Positions 8,990 through 19,496 of a stretch of 64,000 nt of DNA are shown in pieces; within the stretch, counting starts at the first letter, position 1, and each line of letters begins with the position of its first letter. A model generated the notes under the pieces. It saw only the letters and a program-made list of their open reading frames with translations, had not been told where the DNA came from and made no database searches. The position numbers and the translations under genes were made by a program. The stretch lies in IMG/VR virus record IMGVR_UViG_3300033067_001302, positions 1 through 64,000 of that record; one strand, written 5' to 3'. Origin of the DNA: a virus (taxonomy: Duplodnaviria > Caudoviricetes).

Positions 8990-10177
8990 CTACTTTCTGT
9001 CCTTCAAAGAAGGTCGAGTGATTGAGATTCCCATTCCGGGAGGATCATGGAGGGCATAGGGCTTCTTGTCGAGGTTCTTGTTGACCTTCTTGACAATCTT
9101 GCTCTGCTTCTCCCGGCCCGATTCATCTTCATTCTTTCCAGAGGAGAACCCAACGTAGGTGTCACCGTAAGGGCTCTTCCTGGAAGCTCCTCCAACGTGT
9201 TTCTGCCCCATCTGGTCGAGGACGTTTTCTTGGATAGGCCACTCAATCTCCCAAAGCTCGGAAGGCATTGGGTTGTATTCCATCTTTGGGCCCTTCCCCT
9301 CGTTCTTTGGGTCGCTCCACATCTTCTTGTGGGTAGGCTCAGGATCGGCTCCAAGGGGTCCTGTGTAGCCTTGAACGGCTCCCGTGCCCATTGCATTGAA
9401 CTCGTCCAGGAACTCCTCCATGATGGCGTCCACATCGTTTGCGGGCTTGGCCCCAACGAACTTGGATACATCGTAGACACCCTTCTCCACGGGAAGAGGA
9501 GCGGTCTTTCCTGTGTACTTCCAAATGTACCAAGTTGTAGCTTGGACAGCCTGGACAGGAACTCCGAGCTGTCGAGCGGCTTCTTGGTAATCCTGGATCA
9601 TCTGAGCTCTTTCCTTGGTGCTTGGATTCTTGAGCCCTTTGAGGTTTTCCTTGGCACCACGCCAAATGTTGATGGCGTGTCCATCAAGGACCATATCCTT
9701 CTCGACAGAAGAAGGGTCCATGAGGGATTTGAAGAAGACGGTAACCTTTGGACCGGTTACTAGCTTGGTATCCCCCTTCTTGAGGATCTCCTTGGCTCTG
9801 AGCACCTGACGAGGGTAGGCATTGATCTTTTCCTCACCTCTCAAGAGCTTCTCGGCAGCGGAAAGGTTGCTATTCCACTTGTTGCCTGGAGATAGAACGG
9901 CAACAATTGCGGCTGCAACAGGAAACGGGAGTTTGAAGGCAAGAGCGAGGTCCTCAACATCAGATTTGGCGTTGTGATACCATTTACCCCAATACTCCTT
10001 TTCCTCGGGAGTTGCTTGATTGTAGACGGTCACGATGTTGTGAACGCCGCCTCCAGGTTTCAAACCAAGCTGATCGACAGCCAACCCACTTCTCTTTGGC
10101 TCCTTGATCTTGGAGAGCTCGTCGAGTTCTTGCTGGGCTGTGTTCTCAAGGAATTCGAAAAGTGAGGACTCTTTCAT
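8990..10177 (-). CDS. DNA glycosylase-like (DUF7178-like) domain plus low-complexity head-protein-like tail
   Basis: KWYHNAK...AAIVAVLSPGNKWNSN...GPKVTVFF...MVLDGHA...QAVQATTWYIWK. CTATTTA lies 5 nt upstream. Confidence 0.6.
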   Translation of the reverse strand: MKESSLFEFLENTAQQELDELSKIKEPKRSGLAVDQLGLKPGGGVHNIVTVYNQATPEEKEYWGKWYHNAKSDVEDLALAFKLPFPVAAAIVAVLSPGNKWNSNLSAAEKLLRGEEKINAYPRQVLRAKEILKKGDTKLVTGPKVTVFFKSLMDPSSVEKDMVLDGHAINIWRGAKENLKGLKNPSTKERAQMIQDYQEAARQLGVPVQAVQATTWYIWKYTGKTAPLPVEKGVYDVSKFVGAKPANDVDAIMEEFLDEFNAMGTGAVQGYTGPLGADPEPTHKKMWSDPKNEGKGPKMEYNPMPSELWEIEWPIQENVLDQMGQKHVGGASRKSPYGDTYVGFSSGKNEDESGREKQSKIVKKVNKNLDKKPYALHDPPGMGISITRPSLKDRK

Positions 10178-10194
10178 GTCCCTAAATAGGGCAT

Positions 10195-10461
10195 TTACCT
10201 CCGACCAATAGACTCAACGAGCACCGGCTCCGCCACTTTCACCAGTCCACTCTCAAAGAGCTCATTGAGTTGGGGAATGGTTGCCTTGACTGTGTACCCG
10301 TCCATCCAATCAAAGTACGCAGTGACCTCAATTCCCTTTTCGTTGAAAAGGTTCCGGGAAGTGCCCTTTTTGAGGATCACAAACCCGCCAACTACCTTTG
10401 GGGGCTTTGCGTCGTCAAATTCCGTTCGCTTTTGCAATGGTCCGTAGTAGTAATAGCCCAT
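10195..10461 (-). CDS. hypothetical protein
   Basis: 88-aa ORF with AGGAG SD. Confidence 0.7.
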   Translation of the reverse strand: MGYYYYGPLQKRTEFDDAKPPKVVGGFVILKKGTSRNLFNEKGIEVTAYFDWMDGYTVKATIPQLNELFESGLVKVAEPVLVESIGRR

Positions 10462-10490
10462 CTTTACTCCTTTTCATGTCAACTGTAAGT

Positions 10491-13463
10491 TCAGTCTTTT
10501 GGAACGTCAAGGGTGAGAGTCCGAATGTCCCGCTTGCCCTGGAGAACTTGGAGCATGTCCTCTTCGATTGTCCCAGCAGCGTAGTAGTACAGGGCTTGCA
10601 CTGGCTTGGATTGGCCGAGGCGGTGAACACGTCCTGTCCTCTGGTCTAGCCGAGCTGGGTTCCATGGGAGCTCTGTGTGAATGACCACGTCTGCGGCCAT
10701 CTGCAAGCCATCCAAGCCAACACCACCAGCATCCGAGGCGAGGAACACCGAAACCCTTGGGTCAACAGTGAATGCCTCGACACTCTTCGCCCTTTGCTTT
10801 TCCGATTCCCTTCCGGTGAAGAAAACGTGCTTGATCCCGTCGTTGGTTAGCTCCCTGGAAAGGAGGTCCAGGTACTCTGTCCACTGAGAGAATAGCACGA
10901 TCTTGTGCCCTTTGGCAATCAGGTCTTTCACGTCTTTCAAGACGTTTGCTGTCTTCGAGGAAAGCGGGCTGGTAGCTTTCGTGATCAAGTCCACGGCATT
11001 GCAAGCTTGTCGCGCCTTGAGGAGGTAAGCCTGGAGCATCATCTTCTCTGCAAAGGAGAGACCGGAAGCAAGAGCCTTTGCCAGCAACCGCTTTGCCATC
11101 TGGTGGAAGTCGTCGTGGACTTTGCGTTGCTGCGGGGTCATTCCAACGGACTTGTGAGTGTGGGTAATTGGAGGAAGGGTCAGCTTGTCGTACCCAAAGA
11201 CCTTTCCCTTGATCTTTTGGTGCAATTGCTCAATGTTCTTGATCCCCGCAAACACCAGAACCTTCCTGTTGACGGAGATGACGTTCTGAAACTGAGCGCA
11301 GAACTTCCACTTTGGCCCAAGCGAACCGGGAGCGATCACGTCCATGATCGAGTAGAGGTCATCGAGACGGTTCTCGATGACCGTGCCAGAAAGGCCAAAG
11401 AAATACTCGCTTTTCAGCGTCTTGGCGGCTTTCCAAGCCTTGGACTCGTCGTTCCGAATGAACTGGATCTCGTCCATGATCACCAAGTCATACCTCTGCT
11501 CGGTGAAACGCTCATGGCGTTTCGCAAAGGTCTGATAGGTGACGATTTCCACGCTCTTCGTTCCCAACTTCTCCAGGTGCTTTGGGGTGTTGACGAGCAG
11601 GGAATCCATGCCAAGGGCTCGCTTTACCTCTTTTGCCCACTGGATCTTCAATGACTTTGGACAGATTACCAAAAGACGGGCATTTGGGTTGAGGTTTGCC
11701 CGAAGCCAGCCATAGCAGGCAATCGAGGTCAGGGTATTGTGAGTCACAATGTAGTCGTCTGTGACATACAAGTGATCGGCTGCATCAACACTGATGCACT
11801 GAACTACTTCGTGTCCGACAGAAACAGCCGATGTCATGGAGCGAATTGGCTGGTATTTGGTTCTTTCTCGAATTCGAGAAAGTTTTCGGGGCAAACGAAA
11901 CAGGTTCAAACCAGGAGGTGCTGAAATTGTTACAACGTAACTTGGTTTGCCCATTTTTTTCACCCCCAAGTAAGTAAAGCTTGTTTGCTTGGGTGACAGG
12001 GTGGCTTTACCACCAAATGACCTTACCAACTCCTGAACATCCTCTGCCAACTGCCTGGATGTGGAGTAAAACTGCACACTCATCCCATCACTAGAGACAA
12101 ACCCATCCGTATCCATCAAACCCTGAAGGATGTTGAGCCGACATTCAGCAGAGTTGTAGAGGAAACTCTTTGGCACAAACTTTTCATGGGATTTTTTCCC
12201 GCCCAACCCCAATACTCGGAGCTGATCTAGCAACTCATTGGCAGCACGAGTTTTTTCAGCCTTCGAAATTCGGTAATCGCAGCGTCCGAGAAATTTGACT
12301 GACAGGTTCGAAGGTAGGGCAGCTTTGATGGAATCAACGACAAATTGATCCGCGCTTGAGAAAGTAACGGATTTGGGTCCAAAAGAGCCATCTCCCAACA
12401 AAACACCTAGCAAGTAAGGGTCAAGCACTGTTGGTGTTGGCGTGAACTCTACCGAGCAAACCATTGGCACCTGAAAATTGTGATTGCCGTTCTCTCCCAC
12501 CAATTGGTCTTTGATGTCTTTTAGTGCGACTGTTTTAAACCCCTTACCTCTGTGCTTATCCCTCGGTGTAATCACGGACCACAAATGGTCTTCGCAACAT
12601 TGAGTCCTCGAACCATCCGAGAAGCTCACCTCGAACACCTCTTTCATTCCCTGGGGGTACACACCAGTGACCTTGGTAGGAAGGCCATTGCGACCAATCA
12701 CGAAATCCCCGACTTTGATTTGACCCATAGGCACCCAGCCGGAAGGGGTCAAAATTTTGCTGCTGAGCGGCTGCGCTTTTCCACTGCCCATGGTCATGGA
12801 GCAAACAGCCTTCTTCGCCTTGAGCATGGAGGCAAAGATTTCCTCTTGGTAGTCGTAGAGGTTCAGCGGAGCCGCAAGGATACCAGCACTCGATGGGACA
12901 GAAGCCAGGAGCTCGCTGTCTGTGACCATGGAGTCTAGGTTGAATCTCTCCCGAAATGTGGGAATGGCAACGCTCTCGATGACCGGTGCAGTCTTGAGGG
13001 CTTGCTTGGTCCCTGTGGTGTAGGTGCAAATGCCATCACTCTCCCCACTATACCCCTTGAGCTTGAAGGCTGTGGTTCGATACAGAGGGCTGAGCTTTCT
13101 CTGCTGGATCGCTCGCTCGAACTTCTGGAACACTCGGAATTGAGCAACCCACGGGAAAGCTTGGGCATGCTTCAGGATTCCAATGTGCTCGCAATGGTCA
13201 GTTTGCGTTTCCACAAACTCCTTGCAAGAGCACTGCCACACGTCGGCCAAGTTCTGGACGTAGAACGCCTTTCGGTGTCCATCAACAACCTTGTACTCCA
13301 CCAATTTGGGTGCTTCTGGACGTGCATCAAGCAGGGTGAAGTCGTACTGCTTCCCTAGCGCCTTGATCGTCTCCTGGTACTGCTGGAAGCTCAGAGGGTT
13401 GGTCGGGATGCTGGGGAGAACCTTGGCATCCGACTCATTTGGCCTGAATGAAATGGTGGTCAT
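10491..13463 (-). CDS. SNF2-family helicase with N-terminal SWIM zinc finger, interrupted by an intein
   Basis: CSCKEF...CEHI (SWIM); MGSGK|T (Walker A split by the intein); DEIQ; LSGTVIEN; GLDGLQ; WNPARLDQRTGRVHRLGQ. Confidence 0.93.
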   Translation of the reverse strand: MTTISFRPNESDAKVLPSIPTNPLSFQQYQETIKALGKQYDFTLLDARPEAPKLVEYKVVDGHRKAFYVQNLADVWQCSCKEFVETQTDHCEHIGILKHAQAFPWVAQFRVFQKFERAIQQRKLSPLYRTTAFKLKGYSGESDGICTYTTGTKQALKTAPVIESVAIPTFRERFNLDSMVTDSELLASVPSSAGILAAPLNLYDYQEEIFASMLKAKKAVCSMTMGSGKAQPLSSKILTPSGWVPMGQIKVGDFVIGRNGLPTKVTGVYPQGMKEVFEVSFSDGSRTQCCEDHLWSVITPRDKHRGKGFKTVALKDIKDQLVGENGNHNFQVPMVCSVEFTPTPTVLDPYLLGVLLGDGSFGPKSVTFSSADQFVVDSIKAALPSNLSVKFLGRCDYRISKAEKTRAANELLDQLRVLGLGGKKSHEKFVPKSFLYNSAECRLNILQGLMDTDGFVSSDGMSVQFYSTSRQLAEDVQELVRSFGGKATLSPKQTSFTYLGVKKMGKPSYVVTISAPPGLNLFRLPRKLSRIRERTKYQPIRSMTSAVSVGHEVVQCISVDAADHLYVTDDYIVTHNTLTSIACYGWLRANLNPNARLLVICPKSLKIQWAKEVKRALGMDSLLVNTPKHLEKLGTKSVEIVTYQTFAKRHERFTEQRYDLVIMDEIQFIRNDESKAWKAAKTLKSEYFFGLSGTVIENRLDDLYSIMDVIAPGSLGPKWKFCAQFQNVISVNRKVLVFAGIKNIEQLHQKIKGKVFGYDKLTLPPITHTHKSVGMTPQQRKVHDDFHQMAKRLLAKALASGLSFAEKMMLQAYLLKARQACNAVDLITKATSPLSSKTANVLKDVKDLIAKGHKIVLFSQWTEYLDLLSRELTNDGIKHVFFTGRESEKQRAKSVEAFTVDPRVSVFLASDAGGVGLDGLQMAADVVIHTELPWNPARLDQRTGRVHRLGQSKPVQALYYYAAGTIEEDMLQVLQGKRDIRTLTLDVPKD
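11736..12776 (-). mobile_element. 347-aa intein with LAGLIDADG endonuclease, class 3 signature
   Basis: Starts AQPL and ends VTHN before Thr+1. Contains CCEDHLW, VQCISV, YLLGVLLGDGS and LQGLMDTDG. Confidence 0.92.
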
Positions 13464-13517
13464 TCGTTACCTTTGGTAGAGGGTAGCTACGGACTATGCA
13501 CCTATTTCAGGCTGGAG

Positions 13518-13763
13518 TCAACCGTCTTTCCGTTTCAGACCACAGTCTCGTTCTTCCGTGCACTCCGTCAGGTATTCGGAGATAACCTTGGCACACTTCG
13601 AGCAAACAAGCAACCTCCCGGCTCCCTTTCGATGAAGCACAGCGTGCTCAATGCTCGTAAATACCCATTCCATGTCAAGGCTCCTTCCGCACCAAGAAAG
13701 TTGCCTTTCCTTGTCGGCTTTCACGCACTTGATGTAATCAGGACGGCGCGGCATTATGGCCAC
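13518..13763 (-). CDS. small Cys-rich hypothetical protein
   Basis: 81-aa ORF with WCGR and VCSKC. Confidence 0.6.
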   Translation of the reverse strand: MAIMPRRPDYIKCVKADKERQLSWCGRSLDMEWVFTSIEHAVLHRKGAGRLLVCSKCAKVISEYLTECTEERDCGLKRKDG

Positions 13764-14017
13764 TCTGAACAGGCGAGAATTCCCTTCTTTGTCATGAAGT
13801 CAGCCATCACACCAATTTCATGACCACCTTCATCCCAGGTTGGCGTTGTCTTTGGGTCAATTTCCCGCACTTCGATGACCTTGCTTCTGTACTCGGATTC
13901 GTCGAACGAGAGCTCCTTGTTAACGAAGTTGTTTGCTTCCTCAATTGAAGTCGCCACAACCCAATACTTGGCCCCGCCATCGTCCTCAACCAAATAAGCC
14001 TTGTTTTCGCTTTCCAT
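13754..14017 (-). CDS. hypothetical protein
   Basis: 87-aa ORF with a purine-rich SD. Confidence 0.7.
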   Translation of the reverse strand: MESENKAYLVEDDGGAKYWVVATSIEEANNFVNKELSFDESEYRSKVIEVREIDPKTTPTWDEGGHEIGVMADFMTKKGILACSEWP

Positions 14018-14029
14018 TTTTCCCTCTTT

Positions 14030-14401
14030 TCAAATCCATCGTGTAGGAACGTGATTCTTGTACTTCCGGTAGGTGTATCGGCAGCACGAATCAAAATGAA
14101 GAATATCGGACCCTGGCTTGTGACAAGAGCAAGTACAGGGTTCTGTCTGCTTCCAATTGAAGCCATTCACCAGAGCAAGTTCATCGAGCTTCTCCTGGGC
14201 CCAGAGAGCCATTGACTTGTCAACTTCCAGGATGTGCTCATGCCCAGGATCAAGCACTTCTTCTTCCTTGAAGGTGGGGCTGTGCGTGGTGACAAGCCAC
14301 TCAATGAACTCCACATTCCTTCGAATTTGCTTGTCTTCTCGGATTTGGCCGAAGTTGTTGAACTGGATCGACACAAAGAGCTTCTCGGGCATGGGTTTCA
14401 A
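14030..14401 (-). CDS. hypothetical protein
   Basis: 123-aa ORF downstream of a sigma70-like promoter. Confidence 0.65.
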   Translation of the reverse strand: MKPMPEKLFVSIQFNNFGQIREDKQIRRNVEFIEWLVTTHSPTFKEEEVLDPGHEHILEVDKSMALWAQEKLDELALVNGFNWKQTEPCTCSCHKPGSDILHFDSCCRYTYRKYKNHVPTRWI

Positions 14402-14428
14402 TGTAACCCACTACCCGTGAGAAGTCAA
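14400..14428 (-). promoter_or_regulatory. sigma70-like promoter
   Basis: TTGACT-17 nt-TACATT. Confidence 0.55.
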
Positions 14429-15450
14429 CCTTCAAAGAAGGTCTCCAGTCTTTCTCGCCATTTTTCCATGTCATCGCTCTCCCAAATGACAAGCACTTGA
14501 TACCCTTTCGACTCAAGGTAGGCGATTTTCCTCGCATCTTTCTCCCATTTCTCGGCAGCAGTATAGCTATCCCCAGGAATGCGGATTACATCCTCGGCAC
14601 TGTACTTCCTTGGGTTGGCGTGAATGTAGTCTCCGTTGATTTCAATGGCAATTTTTCTCTCAATACAAAGTTCATCAACCAATCGGTTGCCAACAATTTC
14701 TTCCGACTTAAACCCAAATTCTTCAAGCCTCAACTCAGCTCTGAGTCGTTGGTGAAGTTTACTGAGCTTCCCCCAATGGGTTCCAAATAGCCTCTCCACG
14801 TAAGCTGGATCATTCATTCTTTCCGTTTGAAACTCACTTCTCCTCTGTCTCTCTTCTGGCAAATTGACAGCTTTCTTGATGCCAGCACTCATTCTAGCTC
14901 TTGTGGATGGATCGCTCCATCGCTCCCTTGAGTTGAGCGAGTGTTTTGCTTTTGTCGCATCTGACACGACCACCAACCGGCCTGTGTTTGACTCGGAGAT
15001 GGCCCGCCGAACCTCCGGGAGTTTGGAAACATTACTGACTCCGTACTTTGCCTGCACCACCTCCTGAATGCGCAATTGCGTCGAGGGTTTTGAAAAGCCA
15101 TTTTGCTTTCCTTGACAGGAGAAAGAGCAGAACTTCTTCGGCTGACCTCTGTGGAAGCCAGCGGACCCACCACAAGTCAAGCACGATGGAATGCCAAACT
15201 TAGCCACATAGAGCTCGGCTCGTTTTTCAAACGAGTCATGTCCAAGGGCATATCGCTTGAACTTGCCTCGATAGAAAACAGGACGATCCCCACACAAGCC
15301 ACAAGCACAAGACGGTGCAACTCCACCATGCTCGACTTGGACCACATACTCTTCAAGAGTAAGAGAATGGGCAGACTTAACATGTTGCGTTAGCTGCCCG
15401 CCAAGATTATTCACAAACACTTCATGACAAATTTCACACGCAATGCTCAT
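14425..15450 (-). mobile_element. Vsr/DUF559-like (PD-(D/E)xK) putative homing endonuclease with zinc fingers
   Basis: N-terminal CEIC...H...H, CACG and CLTC...FCSFSC. C-terminal VDEL...IAIEINGDYIH...KD...LESKGYQVLVIWESD. ATACTTA lies 5 nt upstream. Confidence 0.8.
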
Positions 15451-15504
15451 ACAGCTAAGTATAGCATGGGATGCTGAAAGTGTTAAGCGTGCGAATATAC
15501 TAAA

Positions 15505-18003
15505 TTAGTTGCACTTGGAGGAGCCGCAGTCGAGGCAGGTCACGCAGCCTTGCTGGTAGCTGAGGTTGGTGGACCCACAATCCGGGCACTTCTTCTGGCT
15601 GGCCTTGGTTCCGTCCTTGATGTAGTTCTTCAACACCCTGGACATAACCTTGGAGAAGGAGAACAGGTCGGACTCTTTCTCAGCACCCTTGAGGAGTTGC
15701 TCCACGACGTACTGCACAGGAGCTCCGTGGCGGAGAGCCAAGGAGATTGTCCTTGTGAAGGCGGCATGGGTTGCGTTCTCAAAGATGTTGCCAATGTCCT
15801 TGATGATGGTCTCGTTCTCAGGGCTCTCGAAGTCGTAGTGGAAGTCGTACTCCGCTGGGTTAACCTCTCCATTGCGCTTGGCAATCTTTCCCTCACGGAC
15901 ACGCTTTGGAAGCGTGATGTGCTTGGAAAGTCCGCCCATTACCTCGTAAGGACGACCGGAAAGCTTTCCGATGAAGATTGTCCACTTCTCACCTTGGATG
16001 GTTGGGTGATAAACGTCGCACTCCAGCTCGGCAGGACGCTTCGGAGCATGGTGTTCAACAAACATCTCCTCTTCGACATCCGAACCACCTTCTGCGGAGA
16101 GAATCACACCGTCACGGCAGCCATCGCGGTAGATCGTGATTCCCTTGCAGCCAGCTTCCCAACCCTTCATGTAAACCGCCTTCACGGTCTCCACAGAGGC
16201 GTCACGAGGGAGGTTGGTGGTGTTGGAGATGGAGTGGTCGATCCACTTTTGAGCAGCGCCCTGCATCTCCACCTTGGCAACCCAATCCACATCAGCAATT
16301 GTCGACTTCCAGTACGGGGATTGCTCCACGTCCTCGTCACCCTTTTGGTTGATTTCCTTCCAAGCAGCAAAGCCTTGGTTGTAAACCTTGTACTCTGTCC
16401 ACTTGTCGCCCTGGGCATCCGTGAAGTCAACCCTTGCATTGGTGTCGCTTGGGTTGATCTTCTTCCTGCGAAGGTAGAATGCAGCGAAAACGGCATTCTC
16501 GATTCCAGAGGTAGTTCCGAAGCCCATCACAGCTTTTGCCAGGATAGAAGTGGAACCGGCTGGAGCGGTGGTGTTGTTTGCAATGTTCCTGCGTCCGTAC
16601 TTCAGGTATGCCTCGTAGAAGTCAGGACGGGCGTCCCAAATCCTTTGAAGGAATGGGTCATTCTTCTCCAGGTCGTGGCTGAATGCTGGGAATGCCCCAC
16701 GCTCCTTGGCGAGTTCGATGCTGGAAGCGTAGCTGTTCAGGGCAAGCTGCTTGTAGAGCTCCTCAACGACACGGATGCTTTCCTCGGAACCATAGCGCAT
16801 TCCCAGGGCTGCAACAAAGTCACCAACTGCGGTAACTCCGAGACCGGTGCGACGGCCTCGCTCGCAAGCTTGACGGATGTTGGTCCAAAGTCTCTTCTCT
16901 GCTGCTTTGATGTGCTCTGGCTCAGGGTCGTTGGCAATCTTTGCCAGAATTCGGTCAATCGACTCCAGCTCCATGTCGATGATATCGTCCATGAGACGTT
17001 GAGAGTGGCGGACCACCTCGCCAAAATGAACCCAATTCACCGCTGCGTTCTTGGTGTACGGCTGATTCACAAAGGAGAGGGTGTTGATCAAGAGCAGACG
17101 GCAAGAGTCATATGGAGAAAGGGTGATTTCTCCGCATGGATTGGTCGAGGAGGTCTTGTACTCCGGGTAGTTGTTCGCTGGGCAGTATTTCATGATCGGG
17201 TCCCAAAAGAGAAGACCCGGCTCTGCGCTTGCATGGGCTGCTGTCACGATCTCGGTCCAAAGGGAACGAGCGTCAACCATCTTGCGAACCTTTGGGGTTG
17301 GCGAATCAACAGGAAAACGGAGCTCCACATCCTTGCCGTCCCTGACGGCTTCCATGAACTCGTCGGAAAGGCGAATGGAGATGTTTGCGCCAGTGACCCT
17401 GGATTTGTCCTTCTTGATATCAATGAAGGTTTGGATCTCCGGGTGGTGAACCGAAATGGTGAGCATCAAGGCTCCTCTGCGCCCATTCTGAGCCGTCCTG
17501 CGGCAGGCATCAGAGAAGTCGTCCATGAAGACAGCAATGCCGTCTGTGGTGCCTGCGGCGTTGCTGGTCTGCATTCCCTTTGGTCGAATAGGGGAGATGT
17601 CAAAGCCGACACCACCACGTCGCTTCATGATCTCCTTCTCTTCACCCATGGTGTAGGTGATACCCGACATAGAGTCATGTGGGGGTGGAATCACGAAGCA
17701 ATTCGACAAGCTCATGAGCTGGTACTTGTTACCAATGCCAGCCATTGGGGAACCCTGGGGGATGACGTACTGGAACTTGTCCAGGTAGGAGAAAATCTTC
17801 TCCTCTGAGAGTGGGTTCTTGTACTTGCTCTCGATCCTTGCGAATTCCTTGGCAAGACGGCGGTGCATTTGCTCTGGAGTTGCCTCCACGAGCTCACCAT
17901 TTTCATCTTTCAAGGCGTACTTCGACACAAACACGTTGGCGGCGAGGGTGTTGCCTTCGAAATACTCTGTTGACTGCTGAATTGCTTCCTGAAACGAAAC
18001 CAT
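15505..18003 (-). CDS. nrdJ: class II (B12-dependent) ribonucleotide reductase
   Basis: SNCFV, RRGGVG, ANISI, STNPCGE, SCRL, APAGSTS, ISNTTNL, GITIYRDG; C-terminal zinc ribbon. Confidence 0.95.
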   Translation of the reverse strand: MVSFQEAIQQSTEYFEGNTLAANVFVSKYALKDENGELVEATPEQMHRRLAKEFARIESKYKNPLSEEKIFSYLDKFQYVIPQGSPMAGIGNKYQLMSLSNCFVIPPPHDSMSGITYTMGEEKEIMKRRGGVGFDISPIRPKGMQTSNAAGTTDGIAVFMDDFSDACRRTAQNGRRGALMLTISVHHPEIQTFIDIKKDKSRVTGANISIRLSDEFMEAVRDGKDVELRFPVDSPTPKVRKMVDARSLWTEIVTAAHASAEPGLLFWDPIMKYCPANNYPEYKTSSTNPCGEITLSPYDSCRLLLINTLSFVNQPYTKNAAVNWVHFGEVVRHSQRLMDDIIDMELESIDRILAKIANDPEPEHIKAAEKRLWTNIRQACERGRRTGLGVTAVGDFVAALGMRYGSEESIRVVEELYKQLALNSYASSIELAKERGAFPAFSHDLEKNDPFLQRIWDARPDFYEAYLKYGRRNIANNTTAPAGSTSILAKAVMGFGTTSGIENAVFAAFYLRRKKINPSDTNARVDFTDAQGDKWTEYKVYNQGFAAWKEINQKGDEDVEQSPYWKSTIADVDWVAKVEMQGAAQKWIDHSISNTTNLPRDASVETVKAVYMKGWEAGCKGITIYRDGCRDGVILSAEGGSDVEEEMFVEHHAPKRPAELECDVYHPTIQGEKWTIFIGKLSGRPYEVMGGLSKHITLPKRVREGKIAKRNGEVNPAEYDFHYDFESPENETIIKDIGNIFENATHAAFTRTISLALRHGAPVQYVVEQLLKGAEKESDLFSFSKVMSRVLKNYIKDGTKASQKKCPDCGSTNLSYQQGCVTCLDCGSSKCN

Positions 18004-18017
18004 AAGCTATCTCCTGT

Positions 18018-19496
18018 TCACTCTTCCGTACGGGAGGATGTCAATTGCATTCCCGATTCATTTGCTCTGTTCAAAACGTTCCTGAAGGACCGTTGAACGA
18101 AGTTTCTTTCTTCCTTGGCTTCCCGCTCTTGTTCTGCTGTCAAGCCTCGGACCTCATCCTCGGAGAGGAGAGAGAACCTTGAACGAGCGGTGTCGATCTT
18201 GATTGGGAAGCTGAGTCCGTCGATACCATTTCTGTTCTTGGCGATAAACAGGGTGCCGATACCAGTTGCTTTTTTGCTCTCAGGGCGTCCAAGACCGACC
18301 ACGAAGTCACAAATGTGAGCCTGGGCGTACGCCTCTGCCATGTTGGCAAGAGAGATGATGTCAGCCTCAGCACCTTCCTTGTTGGACTGAGAGGCTGTCC
18401 AAATAGGAACATCCAATTCCGAGGCGAATGCCCTGAGCTCCTCGAAAATCTTCTTGAGCTCCATCCTTGGAAGGTCGTACTTCTCTGTAGACCGCATGAT
18501 CTGAGCGTAGTCGATCACCAACATGTCAGGGCGGAAGCCCTCAAGCGCAAGCTTGTCGATGAATGACCGAAGGGTTTGAACCGTAGCAGTTCCCGTTGGG
18601 AAATACTTGATCCTGAGCTTTCCAAGGATTCCGGCGTTGTCGGCGTAGTATTTCTTGATCTCATCCATACGCTCCGCACAATCCAAGGAGTCAATTCCAA
18701 GGAGGTGAGAGTCATAGCGAACTCCAACAGCACGCTCAGCAAGCTCAAAGGTGAAGTGAAGGACGTTCTTTCCTTGAGTCAATGCCTGCGCACCAACGTG
18801 GGTAAGCCAGTGGCTCTTTCCCACGCCAGTTGGGGCAATCACGACATTCAACTCGCCAGAGCCAGTTCCTCCATTGAGAATCTTCTTGGCGTCCAACGAA
18901 GGGCCGTCAATCATATCCCAATTGGAGGAGCGAACACAAATGTTCGTCCTGATCGTGTTGCGAAAGGTAACAGAGTACCTCGCATCAATGTCGTCTTCCA
19001 GAGACAGAGCTGGAGCGGTTGCTTGTCCCGAAGAAATAGCCTTCTTGATGATCTCCAGGGAGAGTTCGTACTTATCTTCCGACTTTGCAAGCTCAGCGCA
19101 CTGAAGAAGGGCACTTGCAAAGGAACGGTGGCGGCAGAATGCCATTGCCGTTTCCTTGACGTACTGCAAGTCACCGTAGTCCTTCTTGATCTTGGTGTTC
19201 TTGATGACCCCAATCACCTGCTCAGCCAAGGCAGGGTCATTCACGACCTTGAGTTCGTCCCTCATCACTGTGATGAACAGGTCCAGGGACGGAAACTCCT
19301 TGTACGCCCTGTAGTACGAGAGGTATTTGCTTGCCATCGTACGGAGGTAGGCATACTCGAAATACTCGACATCAAGGATCTCTGCCGCTTGGGCCGCCCA
19401 AACCCGATCCGTCAAGAGAGCCTGAACGATCTTCTCCTGAAAAGCACGGTCGAACTTGGCAAATGAGTTCCTGTTGTCTTCACTTGTGGTGGACAT
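18018..19496 (-). CDS. replicative helicase, DnaB/T4 gp41-like
   Basis: APTGVGKS, FTFEL, LVIDYAQ, WTASQ, KNRNG. Confidence 0.9.
   Translation of the reverse strand: MSTTSEDNRNSFAKFDRAFQEKIVQALLTDRVWAAQAAEILDVEYFEYAYLRTMASKYLSYYRAYKEFPSLDLFITVMRDELKVVNDPALAEQVIGVIKNTKIKKDYGDLQYVKETAMAFCRHRSFASALLQCAELAKSEDKYELSLEIIKKAISSGQATAPALSLEDDIDARYSVTFRNTIRTNICVRSSNWDMIDGPSLDAKKILNGGTGSGELNVVIAPTGVGKSHWLTHVGAQALTQGKNVLHFTFELAERAVGVRYDSHLLGIDSLDCAERMDEIKKYYADNAGILGKLRIKYFPTGTATVQTLRSFIDKLALEGFRPDMLVIDYAQIMRSTEKYDLPRMELKKIFEELRAFASELDVPIWTASQSNKEGAEADIISLANMAEAYAQAHICDFVVGLGRPESKKATGIGTLFIAKNRNGIDGLSFPIKIDTARSRFSLLSEDEVRGLTAEQEREAKEERNFVQRSFRNVLNRANESGMQLTSSRTEE

Noticed and set aside
14425-15505. Gene-end duplication around the Vsr-like endonuclease after nrdJ
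   Set aside because: Reading all frames of both flanks gave no copy of the nrdJ end or of the next gene's start.
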